The translations under genes were made by a program, and so were the position numbers. 64,000 nucleotides of DNA from a plasmid: NCBI RefSeq assembly GCF_054482525.1, contig NZ_JBTHVG010000003.1. The stretch is one strand, 5' to 3'. The notes under the pieces are model-generated. The model made no database searches. It was not told where the DNA came from and saw nothing but the letters and a program-made list of their open reading frames with translations. Every line of letters starts with the position of its first letter. The first letter of the stretch is position 1. This document shows, piece after piece, positions 20,295-30,653 of the stretch.

Positions 20295-21123
20295 CCCGCT
20301 TCCTTAGATTGTTTTTGGCGCTGGTTATAAAAGATAATGATTCACCGGGGTAGAGAATTGTTTCTTTCGTCCAATAACGATAACCACCGAGGATATCTTT
20401 TCTTTTCTCAATATAAACCGGTTCAGAAAATTCTAAATGTTGATATTTCGGAAGAGATAAGATTTTATATTTTACTTGTCCAACTAAGAGGTAATTCTTC
20501 TCTTTAGGATTGATGGTTACTGAATTACCAACACTTTGAGGTATGTTAAGTTTTTTTATATTTAGATCAGAATCGTCAGGAACGGACACTTGATCATTAG
20601 ATGTCTTTCCGGGAAGAGTAAACCCTTTACCCTGATCCGGTCCAAAGATGGCAATTACATCTTTGTTGTTTCTTGTGATCGAAACGATAGCCTGAAGGGG
20701 CGTATTAGCAAGGTCATTTATAAACGATATAGTTATACTTGATTTAGGCTCGACCCAAATAATGCTTTTTCCGGATGTGCCTTCGCTTAATGCAATTTTT
20801 TCATTTAGTAAGATTTTATTTTTGGCAATGATATTATACTCAAGTTTCGGTATCACCATAAAAAGTGATTCTTTATTTGAAACATTCATGATTTCTAAGA
20901 AATTGGTTTTGGTCATGCTGGTCTTTAGAACAGGCCTATATTTACCATTTATAAACCACCTTCCGTTTATAAGCTCCGCTTTAGCAGATATAAGTGAATC
21001 ACTTTTCTGAGCGGCAGAAGAAAAAGCATCTTTTCTTTGCTCTTTCTCTTGATGTGGTGCAGCTGCTGCGTGAAGATGCAAAAGTAATGTTGAAATTGAG
21101 ATAATCTTCCATTTTATCTTCAT
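20287..21123 (-). CDS. Hypothetical secreted protein
   Basis: 278 aa, N-terminal signal peptide. Overlaps both neighbours. Confidence 0.4.
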   Translation of the reverse strand: MKIKWKIISISTLLLHLHAAAAPHQEKEQRKDAFSSAAQKSDSLISAKAELINGRWFINGKYRPVLKTSMTKTNFLEIMNVSNKESLFMVIPKLEYNIIAKNKILLNEKIALSEGTSGKSIIWVEPKSSITISFINDLANTPLQAIVSITRNNKDVIAIFGPDQGKGFTLPGKTSNDQVSVPDDSDLNIKKLNIPQSVGNSVTINPKEKNYLLVGQVKYKILSLPKYQHLEFSEPVYIEKRKDILGGYRYWTKETILYPGESLSFITSAKNNLRKRDD

Positions 21124-22067
21124 CTTGTTACCTCAATGTTGTTTTCAATCGAATCGAGTTCTAACGGATAGGTTTTAAGTGAATAAAACTTGTTTGTTGT
21201 TTGTATTAGCTGATGACACAATAAAACTGGATTGTTCTTCATGATTATTTCTACTAATGTAAGTGCTGGTGAGTCAGTTGGCGGTATACCCGGAGCAACT
21301 ATTACCTGGTCTTCTAATTTTGACATATAGAGTGATCCAGTATTTATATGTAAACAATTACCGATCAGTACTGGAAGATTGTTTTGAGTACGACCATGGG
21401 CTTTTCGAATGCTGTTTACAGGATTCCTACCTAGGACCATAAGGTTGACGTCATTTATCATCATTGGTATTACGGCATGGTCCATACCGAATAGAAACTG
21501 GCTCTGAAAAATATTCACATTGGCATAGTTGAATGCTTGAAGCGCATTATAAGTATCAGTGAATGATGTGCGGATAGGGGCGTAATCAGAAGGGCAAACC
21601 CCAATTTTTATATCGCCTTTGAGTAAAATCTGCATCATCGTACCAAGCTGGGTATTAAGAAGTTTTTTTATCTCTTCCTCTAAATAGTAACGATTTACAG
21701 CTTTATGCCACTTTCCGCCCATTACACACCATCTCTCATTGAGGTATGTGCTGGGGTAAAATGTTCTCCGGTCTTTGTTTAATGGTAACAATTTTTTTAA
21801 CATTTCTTCTCCGGCTCCGGCAGCTGAGAAATGCCTCACAAAACGTCCATCGAAAAAGCCACTGTTTATCGCCTTCATCAACTCTATGGGTTCCGGCCCA
21901 TAGTCAAACAAATTTCCAGTAGAGAAAATTACTATCTCTTCTTCTGGCTTTGTAACTGATTGAATCAAGTTGCACAGCGCAGAGTAATGTCCATGAGGAT
22001 CTGCCAGAAAGAAAATCCTTCCCGAGAAGTTTGTAAGGTCTATAGTTTGGACGTGCTCAGCTGCCAT
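21120..22067 (-). CDS. Calcineurin-like (PPP-family) phosphoesterase homologue, possibly catalytically degenerate
   Basis: 315 aa. N-terminal FFLADPHGHY aligns by eye to the GDxHG motif of lambda-type PPP phosphatases. The GDxVDRG and GNHE equivalents look substituted (GNLFDYG; AGAGEE). Confidence 0.45.
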   Translation of the reverse strand: MAAEHVQTIDLTNFSGRIFFLADPHGHYSALCNLIQSVTKPEEEIVIFSTGNLFDYGPEPIELMKAINSGFFDGRFVRHFSAAGAGEEMLKKLLPLNKDRRTFYPSTYLNERWCVMGGKWHKAVNRYYLEEEIKKLLNTQLGTMMQILLKGDIKIGVCPSDYAPIRTSFTDTYNALQAFNYANVNIFQSQFLFGMDHAVIPMMINDVNLMVLGRNPVNSIRKAHGRTQNNLPVLIGNCLHINTGSLYMSKLEDQVIVAPGIPPTDSPALTLVEIIMKNNPVLLCHQLIQTTNKFYSLKTYPLELDSIENNIEVTR

Positions 22068-22430
22068 AAATTCCTCTACGTATGTTTACATCGATGATAC
22101 GGTATTTCGAGCTATGATTTTTTTACATAAAGGCGTCATTTTGGATTCTAAGCCTAAGGACCTTTGTTACTTACTGGTAAAGGCTCCAGTCCTGGCTCTC
22201 AAACAGTTCATACTTAGGATGCAAAGTAACTTTCTGATTATAATTGGCTCCTTTATAAACATGTTTACTTCATGAATACAGGATATTTAACGGTAATGTA
22301 TTTAAAATGGAAGGATGCTGAAATAACATAGAGTTACGTATTTTTTTAATAGTGTTGATGTTGATAATAGGTCACCATTAATGTATAAAGTTAATATCTA
22401 ATATGGTCCTATTAATAAAAGAGAGTTTTT

Positions 22431-23468
22431 ATGGCTGAACTATTAAAATCTGAAAGTCCTGTTTCACAATCATTGCAGGATATCACTGAAGCTTTAAAAA
22501 TCGTTGTCGATGATGGAAGTAAAGCTGCAAAACTGGTTTGTCTTAATGAAAGAAACGAATTAGTTCCCTTGCTCACACAAAATAGTTTTGTTCCAGATTT
22601 CCGTGTTCGCCATGAGGGTCTCAATCCTTTTAACTATCTTATTGATGGGCTGGAAAGGTTTTCGCATCACAGCGAATCTAGTAACTCACTGGAATCGACT
22701 GATGTATCTCACCAATACGATGAAATTAGCCGGTTAAATGTTCACCATGCACTTCATGCTTCTGGTTTAGTTCCTCAGGATGTTCACCTCTTTGTTACTT
22801 TACCTCTTAGCCAGTTCTATACTGCTTTAGGGGAAACGAATATTGAAAATATTCAGAGAAAAAAAGATAACCTGATGAAACCAGTTGAGCGTTATCTTGA
22901 CGGTAAACGCTATTCTTTCAACGTTTTGTCTGTGACTGTTTTCCCTGAATCTTTACCAGCTGTGACCCGGGCAGATGAAATTGAGGATATTGCTTCATTT
23001 GAATCAAGTTTGGTAATTGATCTTGGTGGTACTACTCTTGATGTTGCAAGTATTACTGGGCAATTAGAACAGATTTCGAAAGTAAAAGGTTTTGACCGTA
23101 TTGGTTGTTCTATTGTTTACGATGAGATCAGCAGGTATCTTGAATCTGAGAAACTGAATACGAGTAATGCTTACATTCATCATCTTGTTGATAATCGTCA
23201 TGATAAATCAGCTTTGAAGGTTGCAGAGGACAAGCGTGACGGTGTTTTTGATGCGGTAAACTCTGCGGTACAGAAGTTGCAAAGTAAAGTAATCAGAGCG
23301 GTTACACAAGTCGAAGAGAGGCCTCATAATGTTTTCCTTGTTGGGGGAGGTTCATATCTCATCGAAACAGCTATTCGTAAACATTTTGAAACGGCTAAAG
23401 TTATCATGGTAGACAATCCGCAGTTCGCATTATCTTTGGCAATTGCTGATACTATTTATTCAGAATAA
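22431..23468 (+). CDS. parM: Actin-like segregation ATPase ParM/StbA (type II partition)
   Basis: 345 aa. Actin-fold phosphate motifs (IDLGGTTLD; VFLVGGGSY). Followed by a small putative adaptor gene. Confidence 0.75.
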   Translation: MAELLKSESPVSQSLQDITEALKIVVDDGSKAAKLVCLNERNELVPLLTQNSFVPDFRVRHEGLNPFNYLIDGLERFSHHSESSNSLESTDVSHQYDEISRLNVHHALHASGLVPQDVHLFVTLPLSQFYTALGETNIENIQRKKDNLMKPVERYLDGKRYSFNVLSVTVFPESLPAVTRADEIEDIASFESSLVIDLGGTTLDVASITGQLEQISKVKGFDRIGCSIVYDEISRYLESEKLNTSNAYIHHLVDNRHDKSALKVAEDKRDGVFDAVNSAVQKLQSKVIRAVTQVEERPHNVFLVGGGSYLIETAIRKHFETAKVIMVDNPQFALSLAIADTIYSE

Positions 23469-23479
23469 TGAGCTAGAAC

Positions 23480-24118
23480 ATGGCTAAAAACCCTATCTCA
23501 AATAAGGCAGATAACGACCGGATTCAGATCCGGTCTTTCTGGATATCCGAAAGAAAAGCACCCTATGTTTATAGTTTCTTGAAAAAAACAGAACTTTCTC
23601 ATAGGGGTGACCAACTGGATTTAATTAGGTCGGCTATTAGTACCGGGTTGGTATTGAATAATTTATTTCCTGACTTGGCAAATTTTATAAATGGTTTAAA
23701 CGAAAGATTAACACTTGCAGATCTTAATAGGTTTCTGAATGATGGAAATACTATAGATACTGAACCTAAGCCTCCTATTAATGTATTGCTAGAGAATGTC
23801 TTAGATCAAAAGTTTAAGGAGTATTTAACACCTCTACAATTAGATAATTCAAAGCAGGATTCTGTTTCTGTAAAAGAAACCTTCCTTGTACAAAAGGAAC
23901 ATGCCTGCTTTGGTGTGAAGATTGAAAATGAGGGAAGCGATACCTCTATACCATCTGAAAGCCCACTTTCTTCAGATGCATCCAAAATTTCAAAAGAAAA
24001 GTCCATTTCCGCTGTGGTGCCAGTGCTAGAAAAAGTATCGGATGAAAATCAAACCGCCTCCATAAGCATAAAATCTAAAGCTAAGGCAAACAAGCGACTG
24101 GCAACTTTGGCAAGATAG
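23480..24118 (+). CDS. parR: Putative ParR-like centromere-binding adaptor
   Basis: 212-aa ORF immediately downstream of parM with a K/S-rich tail. Assignment by position only. Confidence 0.4.
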   Translation: MAKNPISNKADNDRIQIRSFWISERKAPYVYSFLKKTELSHRGDQLDLIRSAISTGLVLNNLFPDLANFINGLNERLTLADLNRFLNDGNTIDTEPKPPINVLLENVLDQKFKEYLTPLQLDNSKQDSVSVKETFLVQKEHACFGVKIENEGSDTSIPSESPLSSDASKISKEKSISAVVPVLEKVSDENQTASISIKSKAKANKRLATLAR

Positions 24119-24166
24119 GTGAGAGACAGTACAATCGACTTCTGAGTTCCAACTTGTCTTACCAGG

Positions 24167-24196
24167 AAAGCCAGCATACTTGCTGGCCTTTTTTTT
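24167..24196 (+). terminator. Putative intrinsic terminator after parR
   Basis: gccagcatacttgctggc hairpin followed by a T8 run. Confidence 0.5.
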
Positions 24197-24521
24197 GTTA
24201 TAATAATTTCAGGCTTCACCTGGGTATGTAAAATTACTGTTAATGAAACGGTATTTTAGGTTAATTTGGGTGCTGTTACAGGAAGTGCGGATTTTTCCTA
24301 AATTTGTAAAAAACCTAAGAATTATCTTAATAAATCTGGTACTTAATTATTATTTTACTTATAAAGTCTCTGTGCTTTAATGGTTATGTAAGGATTTTTT
24401 GATACCCTTATACCCGATGGACCTAAGGTCACTGACAACGATGTTCATGTAGAATCTTCGTTTCTGTAATCCCTTTTGTTCTTGTCCCAAATGTTTGATT
24501 ATTATAATAAAGGCTGATCGA

Positions 24522-24974
24522 ATGCTATCTCGCAACTCACTAATACATGGTTTACGCCGAGACCAGTTAATCGGAGTTCTGACTATTTCAGAGTTTCCGG
24601 TAGTTATGGTAGAAAGCCACTTCATTCAGTCTGAGGTTATGGGAATAAAACCCGTAATTTTTAATATTGATGAGCTTCTTGTTTCTATATCCCCAATTTC
24701 CTCTCTTAAGTTCGATTGGGAGTGGGCCCCAGTTGATACAATACTCATTGAAGTTATCATTCCACCTGTAGAGTCAGACCTTGTAAGTGCAGAAAATGAC
24801 TTCCTCCGTGATTCTGGTATCGGCCATATCCAGTGCGAGCCTGGCGGAGCATCAATACGACGTACAGTTACCTTCGTTGGTGGAATAACCGCTGATAACT
24901 TACTGTATCAGTTGAGGCTTATGTGCGTAAGTGCGTTAAAACTTTTAGGAGAGGAACTGGGGGATGAAGTCTAA
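24522..24974 (+). CDS. Hypothetical protein
   Basis: About 150-aa ORF; start chosen at the internal ATG with an upstream AAGG. Confidence 0.3.
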   Translation: MLSRNSLIHGLRRDQLIGVLTISEFPVVMVESHFIQSEVMGIKPVIFNIDELLVSISPISSLKFDWEWAPVDTILIEVIIPPVESDLVSAENDFLRDSGIGHIQCEPGGASIRRTVTFVGGITADNLLYQLRLMCVSALKLLGEELGDEV

Positions 24975-25389
24975 GATTAGATATGTTTTATCTGGTTTTG
25001 TTGTGATATGTGCATTTGCTGGAGTTTATAAAATCCTAAACAATGTTCCGGTTAAACCTGACCTTTTGGACTTCACTGGAAACACATTTAAAAAGACATC
25101 ACTCTTCCTGCCATGTGATAAAAGCTCGCCTTCTTTAAACATTAAAATTGCTGATAACGAGAAAATCGTGATCAACGGCATCGCTTCAAAAGTAACTTTT
25201 GTTGAAAAGGCTGACCCCGTCAAAAGCCCTGGTTTTTGTGATGATCTTGATCTAAACAATTCTCGCCTTGTACATACGGCATCTTACAGCATGGTGATTT
25301 CTGAAACCAAAACAGGATATACACTCTCAAATTTCAAGCATCTTGCCGATGATGAATCATTAGGTGGTATGTGGTTTTATCAAAAGTGA
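24964..25389 (+). CDS. Hypothetical secreted protein
   Basis: 141 aa with an N-terminal hydrophobic signal-like segment. Confidence 0.3.
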   Translation: MKSKIRYVLSGFVVICAFAGVYKILNNVPVKPDLLDFTGNTFKKTSLFLPCDKSSPSLNIKIADNEKIVINGIASKVTFVEKADPVKSPGFCDDLDLNNSRLVHTASYSMVISETKTGYTLSNFKHLADDESLGGMWFYQK

Positions 25390-25397
25390 CTTTTTAT

Positions 25398-25952
25398 ATG
25401 GCAACTTCAGACTTCTCTCTTAAAAACCATAATGTAAAAGCTTTTGGTCAGGATGCAGCACTTGTCATTGAGATGAACAATGAAGATGTTAGCTCATCAA
25501 AACCTTCACCTTTTTCAAATGAGATTGATAATTATTATCTTACATTGCACGTCGCTCCGAGGAACGCCAAAAAAGATTATGACTGGGGCTCAAACCGTTC
25601 TGTACTTCTAAAATTGTCGACGAATGAAGTTATGCAGATGGCATCTGTATTTCTTAGAATCATGCATACTTTAAAAATTGATAAGAGGAAAACCTCACAT
25701 CATGGCCACGTCGTATACAAAAATATAAGCGTTACCCCAAACGAGAGGGGCGGTTTGTTGTTATCAGCAGGGATAGTTCCAGTCGATAAAGACGGCTTAA
25801 AACCCTTCATGCACATGGTCCCCGTCTCACAAATGGACTGCGTTAAAATTGGCCTCTACATACTTGGATATCTTGCTCAAAAAACGCCTTGGGTAAGCTC
25901 CGAGTCTATAATTACCGCGCTTCGCTTATCTGAAGCCAAGAATTCAAAATAG
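25398..25952 (+). CDS. Hypothetical protein
   Basis: About 184-aa ORF. Confidence 0.3.
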   Translation: MATSDFSLKNHNVKAFGQDAALVIEMNNEDVSSSKPSPFSNEIDNYYLTLHVAPRNAKKDYDWGSNRSVLLKLSTNEVMQMASVFLRIMHTLKIDKRKTSHHGHVVYKNISVTPNERGGLLLSAGIVPVDKDGLKPFMHMVPVSQMDCVKIGLYILGYLAQKTPWVSSESIITALRLSEAKNSK

Positions 25953-26071
25953 CGTATTAACATACGGAATACATGGAAAAATACAGGTTTTTTTAAATAT
26001 TATACGAACGGATATTTCTGTTTTTCATCGTAAAGTGAGTTTAATTTTGCTCAGAAAAACAGGTATTCGTC

Positions 26072-29000
26072 ATGAGAAAATCAGGTTTAGGTTTAGCCCT
26101 GTTGTTTTCTTTAATTGCTCCGATTAAAGCGGTCTATGCCGAAGCGATTATGATTTCAGGAAAGCTACAGGCTGATTTGCCAGCCGTATCCTTTGACCCG
26201 GGGCCGGGCGACTTTGTTGCATACGTTAATTCTAACACTATCACTGCCTCAGGTGCAGGCACAGCCTGTAATGTAACGGTTGATGATCGAGCGACTTCCT
26301 CTGTTGATAACCTCGTTTGTTTTTTTGAGTGGTTACCCAATACCTTGGGATTTACTTCTAACGGTTTCACTCTTTCAGGCGTTCCCAACACCACCGGTGA
26401 TTTAAAACTACCTTACAAGATTTCTTACTTCTCTGGTTCTGAACGGAAAAAAGTTGAAATAGTAAAAGGTGAATATTCAATCAAAAGTGTGGCACCGGTA
26501 AAACCTACTATCACCGGTCTTAAATCATCCCTGAACGGATTAGTCTATGACGGCTTTTCTTTCAAATCGTATTTAAAGGATGAAGCGATCAAAGATATCG
26601 CTGTTTCTGTTGAGCCCCGCAATTATATTCAATACATCTCAATAGGTTCAGGCTCCGCCTGTGAAGTTCCTATTGGCGGAACTTCCTGTACCATTGAAGT
26701 TGGAAGCATTAAGGCCAGTGATACAGATGAACTTTTGGGTTCACGTGATATCACAATTACAGCAAACTCTAAGAATAATTATTTCGCACCTCCTGAATCC
26801 AAAAAGCTTGTTGTTAACTGGGATTATCGGCCTCCTGTAGTAGACCATACACTTTGGAATTTTACCGATGAGGCTAAAACAATCAAAGTAGGTGGCCAGG
26901 ACATCTATACCGGAGCCAAAACCGTTGCTGTGGCCGTTAAGGTACCCCAGCAAGAAACAGAAGGTGAATGGTGGCTCCCAACAGCTATGTCGCTCACTAT
27001 GACTCCGGATGGCGTGTTTAAACCGACGACTAAAGTGACTTTAGATGATGGCACTGAGATTGATTTCAAACAGTCCTGGGCAACCCCTTTACGTAGAACT
27101 TTACAGCCGGTAAGTGGACCTCAAAAAGTCGGTGATGAGTACCTCTATATCTTCGACTTAACGGATCTTATAAACGGGTCCTACGCAGCGACTTTTACAG
27201 TAGAAAATACGAGCAAAAACTCTTCTACGTACACTGAGCCTGAAAGCAAACTGATGCTGTCTGATAACCCAACGCTTATGGTTCTCAAAGATGGGCAGGT
27301 ATTAACTAAACGAGCACCCGTATACTTCCTGAACGAGATTATCGTTGCAGCTTTCCAGGGGCAGGCTGGGGTTGCTGACATAAAATCAGTAACAATAGAC
27401 AACAAAGTAGTTTCGTTAACACCTACAAATTATAGAGGTATTTACTACCTGCCGGTTGGAGACGATTTAGCAGTTAATTCGGATCACGAGATTACTGTGG
27501 TGGCTGAAAACCTTTATGGAAAAAACGTTAATTTCAGTACCGTTTTCACTTATCAACCTACTGGATTCACTCTCAAGAATCTGGAAAAAAACGTAACTCT
27601 TTACTCGCGTGTACGTCAGTATACGGACCTGCTTAGTCAAACAGCTGGTGATAAATGCACTCTGTTTACCACAGAGGAAAATGCGAATGCTTACCTCGCC
27701 TGGTATGGGGAAAAATCAGATGTTACAGCATGCTACCCTCAGTGGAACAATGTCCCTGATGGGTTGGAGTTCTATTTTAAAGGACGTACCCCGGGTCTAA
27801 CTGGATTCTTTAATAAAACAGGTGAGAATCTGCTCGACTATCAAGTCTATATGATTAACGGGAAGGGCTCTAAAGCGGTATCCGCAAGGAATCGCCGTAC
27901 TCTGACCACACAATTACCATACAACCCGATCATCTCTTACAAAAAGAATAAAGTCATAGCTGGCATCAATCCGAACACTGCTCTGGCTTATACGACCGGG
28001 GGGGAGGCCGCTCGAATATTAGCGAAGGTGGTACCAGCTGACGTTACGATGATCGTCTCTCAAAACGGCTCTGAGGCTGTCAAAACGTCATTTAAAAATC
28101 GTTCCTCAAACAACGATGCAACGACCTTTGTACAAAGGGTTAAGGTTGCTGCTGCACCATTGTGGACAAAGAACGTCTTTGACATAGCTGTAGAATACTC
28201 AAAGGATCCAGAATTAAGAACTACAGACACACTCAACGTATATACGGTGCCTGATTTCAATATTCGAGCATCGATGGAAGTGGATGACAGAAAAACAGCC
28301 ACATCTCTTGAAGTGCCCTTAAAGGTAACAGTGGGGCGTTATAACAACTCCACACGTAAAAGTGCATTTGACCGTAAAACAATGGGAGAATGGGACGTCA
28401 CGATATACTCGCAAAAAAGTGTATACGGCAAAGATCCAGAAACAGGCCGTTATAAAACTACATACGAAAGAACTGCGCTGACTGAAGCATTGCCGGTCAA
28501 TGATGCGGGCATTGTCGAAACCAAGATTAAAATTGAAAATATGGATCTGGGTAATATGCGTCTGGTTGGTGTGGCTAAGGTCAGATCGCCATTCTCTGAT
28601 TTTGAAATGAAACGTGAGACCAGTGCTGTAGGCATTCGAATCTATAAAGGTGAGGAACTGGAGGGTAACCTGTCGAAAAGCCTTATTATCGGAAGGATCC
28701 CACTTAGTACTCTGGTAAGCTTCAAATCTGCCAGTACTGCTAACTCTGACGCACTTGCCCCCACCGAATGGCAGCAGTCCTCTGATAATGGTCAAACCTG
28801 GAATATGCTTTCCGACATGACCGGAAAGAGAAGTGTAAGTATCAAAAAGACAGAAGTAGGAAAGTGGCTTTATAGGGCAAAAATGACCAATAAATTCACA
28901 TCTAAGGTTTCCTACACAGATGCCTTAACGGTAGTTACCTACAAGCAGCCTAAGCTCAGTATAGATGTGACAGACATTCTTCAGGGCTCAGATGTACCTG

Positions 29001-30376
29001 TAACCCTGCTTGATAACGATGAGCCTATACCAGCAGGCACCGCTGAGGTTCTCTGGTCAGAGGATAAAGTCAACTGGGTGCAGGGAGATACAACTTACAC
29101 TGTGGCTTCAGCTGATACCCTACCGTCTACGATTTATGCCCGGATGCGTTACCTTGATTCCGATGAACTGGCAGAGGAGTCTTCATGGAAGGAAACGTCT
29201 GCTCGGTTGGCAGCCGCAAAACCCAAGCGCCTTTCTGTCTCGGTAACGGGGGTTTCTAAGGTAGAGGTTGGTCAAAAAGTTACTTTGGAAGGTAAGTTCA
29301 CGAACCCTAACAGTAAGTACCAGAATGGTAATAACGTAGTTGAAGAATGGAAAACACCGGATGGCCAGACATTTAAAGGCTCTACACTGTCTGTTACCCT
29401 TACTGAGCAAATGTTGGATAAACAGGGATATGCTGCTTTTGAATACAGTGCATGGTTAGCGGACAATAAGGAGAATACGGTTTCTACCCGTAGAGTTTCT
29501 GTCAAATCGTGGGTTTATAAATTCCCCGAAATGAAAATAAGCTCCAAACTTAAATACGACATGGCACCGACCACCCTACGCGTTGCGTTGAGCGGTATTA
29601 AGGATGGAGACTATCCTGGTGTTACTTATTCCCGAGAATGGATTTACGACAAAGAGAATCTGGTAATCACTAAAGATGAAGGTGACACCAAAGAATTTAC
29701 AATTGAAAATCCTGGCAAATATACATTGATGGTTGTTTTCAAAGATAACCGCAACAATGAACAGCGTATCGAAAATACCTTTGTTGTCGATGAACAAACG
29801 CCAATGAACGTTGAGATGACACCCAAGTTCTCTAACAAATATATGAGAGCTCCACTCGATGTAACCTTAAGGTCAAACATCAAGCTATCTCATTCGGCGG
29901 ACTCGATAGATACGGTCACATACAAGGTGAACGGTGAGGTAATACCCAGCGGCAAAAATTATTGGGCTCAACTGATTTCGGGTTTAAAAGAAAAGAAATA
30001 CGAGATCACAATTGATGTTGTTAGTAAACTTGGACAGAGAGGTTCAGCATCTGTTGAGTTTGATGTCGTTAAAAACGCAGTGCCTAATTGTACATTGAGC
30101 TACACGGAAACCAACCTAAGCTGGAGCTTTACCAATAAATGTGATGATACTGATGGAAAAATGGTTAGATATGAATGGTTCATCAACGGCGAATTAAGGA
30201 ACGTTTTCGGTAGTACGGCTACACTTTCTAAAAACCTTAACCGTGGTAAGCAGGACATAAAAGTAATTGCTTATGATGATAGTGGAGACTTTGCAACGCA
30301 GCACGTGACAGTTTTCGGACCGGCTGAAGAGGCAAGTAAGTCTGAAAACACTGTATCAATACCAAGCAGTGAGTAA
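26072..30376 (+). CDS. Large secreted beta-rich repeat protein (bacterial Ig-like; resembles the large RSP-type proteins of IncHI plasmids)
   Basis: 1434 aa. Signal peptide (MRKSGLGLALLFSLIAPIKAVYA). T/S/V/N-rich composition typical of Ig-like/adhesin repeats. Strong hairpin terminator downstream. Confidence 0.5.
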   Translation: MRKSGLGLALLFSLIAPIKAVYAEAIMISGKLQADLPAVSFDPGPGDFVAYVNSNTITASGAGTACNVTVDDRATSSVDNLVCFFEWLPNTLGFTSNGFTLSGVPNTTGDLKLPYKISYFSGSERKKVEIVKGEYSIKSVAPVKPTITGLKSSLNGLVYDGFSFKSYLKDEAIKDIAVSVEPRNYIQYISIGSGSACEVPIGGTSCTIEVGSIKASDTDELLGSRDITITANSKNNYFAPPESKKLVVNWDYRPPVVDHTLWNFTDEAKTIKVGGQDIYTGAKTVAVAVKVPQQETEGEWWLPTAMSLTMTPDGVFKPTTKVTLDDGTEIDFKQSWATPLRRTLQPVSGPQKVGDEYLYIFDLTDLINGSYAATFTVENTSKNSSTYTEPESKLMLSDNPTLMVLKDGQVLTKRAPVYFLNEIIVAAFQGQAGVADIKSVTIDNKVVSLTPTNYRGIYYLPVGDDLAVNSDHEITVVAENLYGKNVNFSTVFTYQPTGFTLKNLEKNVTLYSRVRQYTDLLSQTAGDKCTLFTTEENANAYLAWYGEKSDVTACYPQWNNVPDGLEFYFKGRTPGLTGFFNKTGENLLDYQVYMINGKGSKAVSARNRRTLTTQLPYNPIISYKKNKVIAGINPNTALAYTTGGEAARILAKVVPADVTMIVSQNGSEAVKTSFKNRSSNNDATTFVQRVKVAAAPLWTKNVFDIAVEYSKDPELRTTDTLNVYTVPDFNIRASMEVDDRKTATSLEVPLKVTVGRYNNSTRKSAFDRKTMGEWDVTIYSQKSVYGKDPETGRYKTTYERTALTEALPVNDAGIVETKIKIENMDLGNMRLVGVAKVRSPFSDFEMKRETSAVGIRIYKGEELEGNLSKSLIIGRIPLSTLVSFKSASTANSDALAPTEWQQSSDNGQTWNMLSDMTGKRSVSIKKTEVGKWLYRAKMTNKFTSKVSYTDALTVVTYKQPKLSIDVTDILQGSDVPVTLLDNDEPIPAGTAEVLWSEDKVNWVQGDTTYTVASADTLPSTIYARMRYLDSDELAEESSWKETSARLAAAKPKRLSVSVTGVSKVEVGQKVTLEGKFTNPNSKYQNGNNVVEEWKTPDGQTFKGSTLSVTLTEQMLDKQGYAAFEYSAWLADNKENTVSTRRVSVKSWVYKFPEMKISSKLKYDMAPTTLRVALSGIKDGDYPGVTYSREWIYDKENLVITKDEGDTKEFTIENPGKYTLMVVFKDNRNNEQRIENTFVVDEQTPMNVEMTPKFSNKYMRAPLDVTLRSNIKLSHSADSIDTVTYKVNGEVIPSGKNYWAQLISGLKEKKYEITIDVVSKLGQRGSASVEFDVVKNAVPNCTLSYTETNLSWSFTNKCDDTDGKMVRYEWFINGELRNVFGSTATLSKNLNRGKQDIKVIAYDDSGDFATQHVTVFGPAEEASKSENTVSIPSSE

Positions 30377-30392
30377 TAAATTTTTAAATATA

Positions 30393-30422
30393 AAGCCGGG
30401 ACATTTTGTCCCGGCTTTTTTA
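30393..30422 (+). terminator. Intrinsic terminator after the large secreted-protein gene
   Basis: aaagccgggacattttgtcccggctttttt: 9-bp GC-rich stem plus T-run. Confidence 0.7.
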
Positions 30423-30653
30423 TGCCCAACAATTGGACCTTTGAAAAATTAATACCGGAAAGTAACTTTGCTACAAAGGTATCTTTCATGGCCGCTAACA
30501 AGGCTGCGTCTACATGCTGAGAAATTAACATCCTTATAGGTTAATATTAGGTTAGTTTGCAGACTTCCGAGCGTTGAAAAACATGGATAATAGTTACTTG
30601 GATAGAGGTGTATCTACTTAGTAAAAATATTCTTCAGTGCTAGTGAGAAAAAT

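Noticed and set aside
26134-30531. Numerous 60-160-aa ORFs antisense to or embedded in the 4.3-kb secreted-protein gene
   Set aside because: All lie inside a long, uninterrupted ORF with a clear signal peptide and terminator. They are typical spurious antisense frames.
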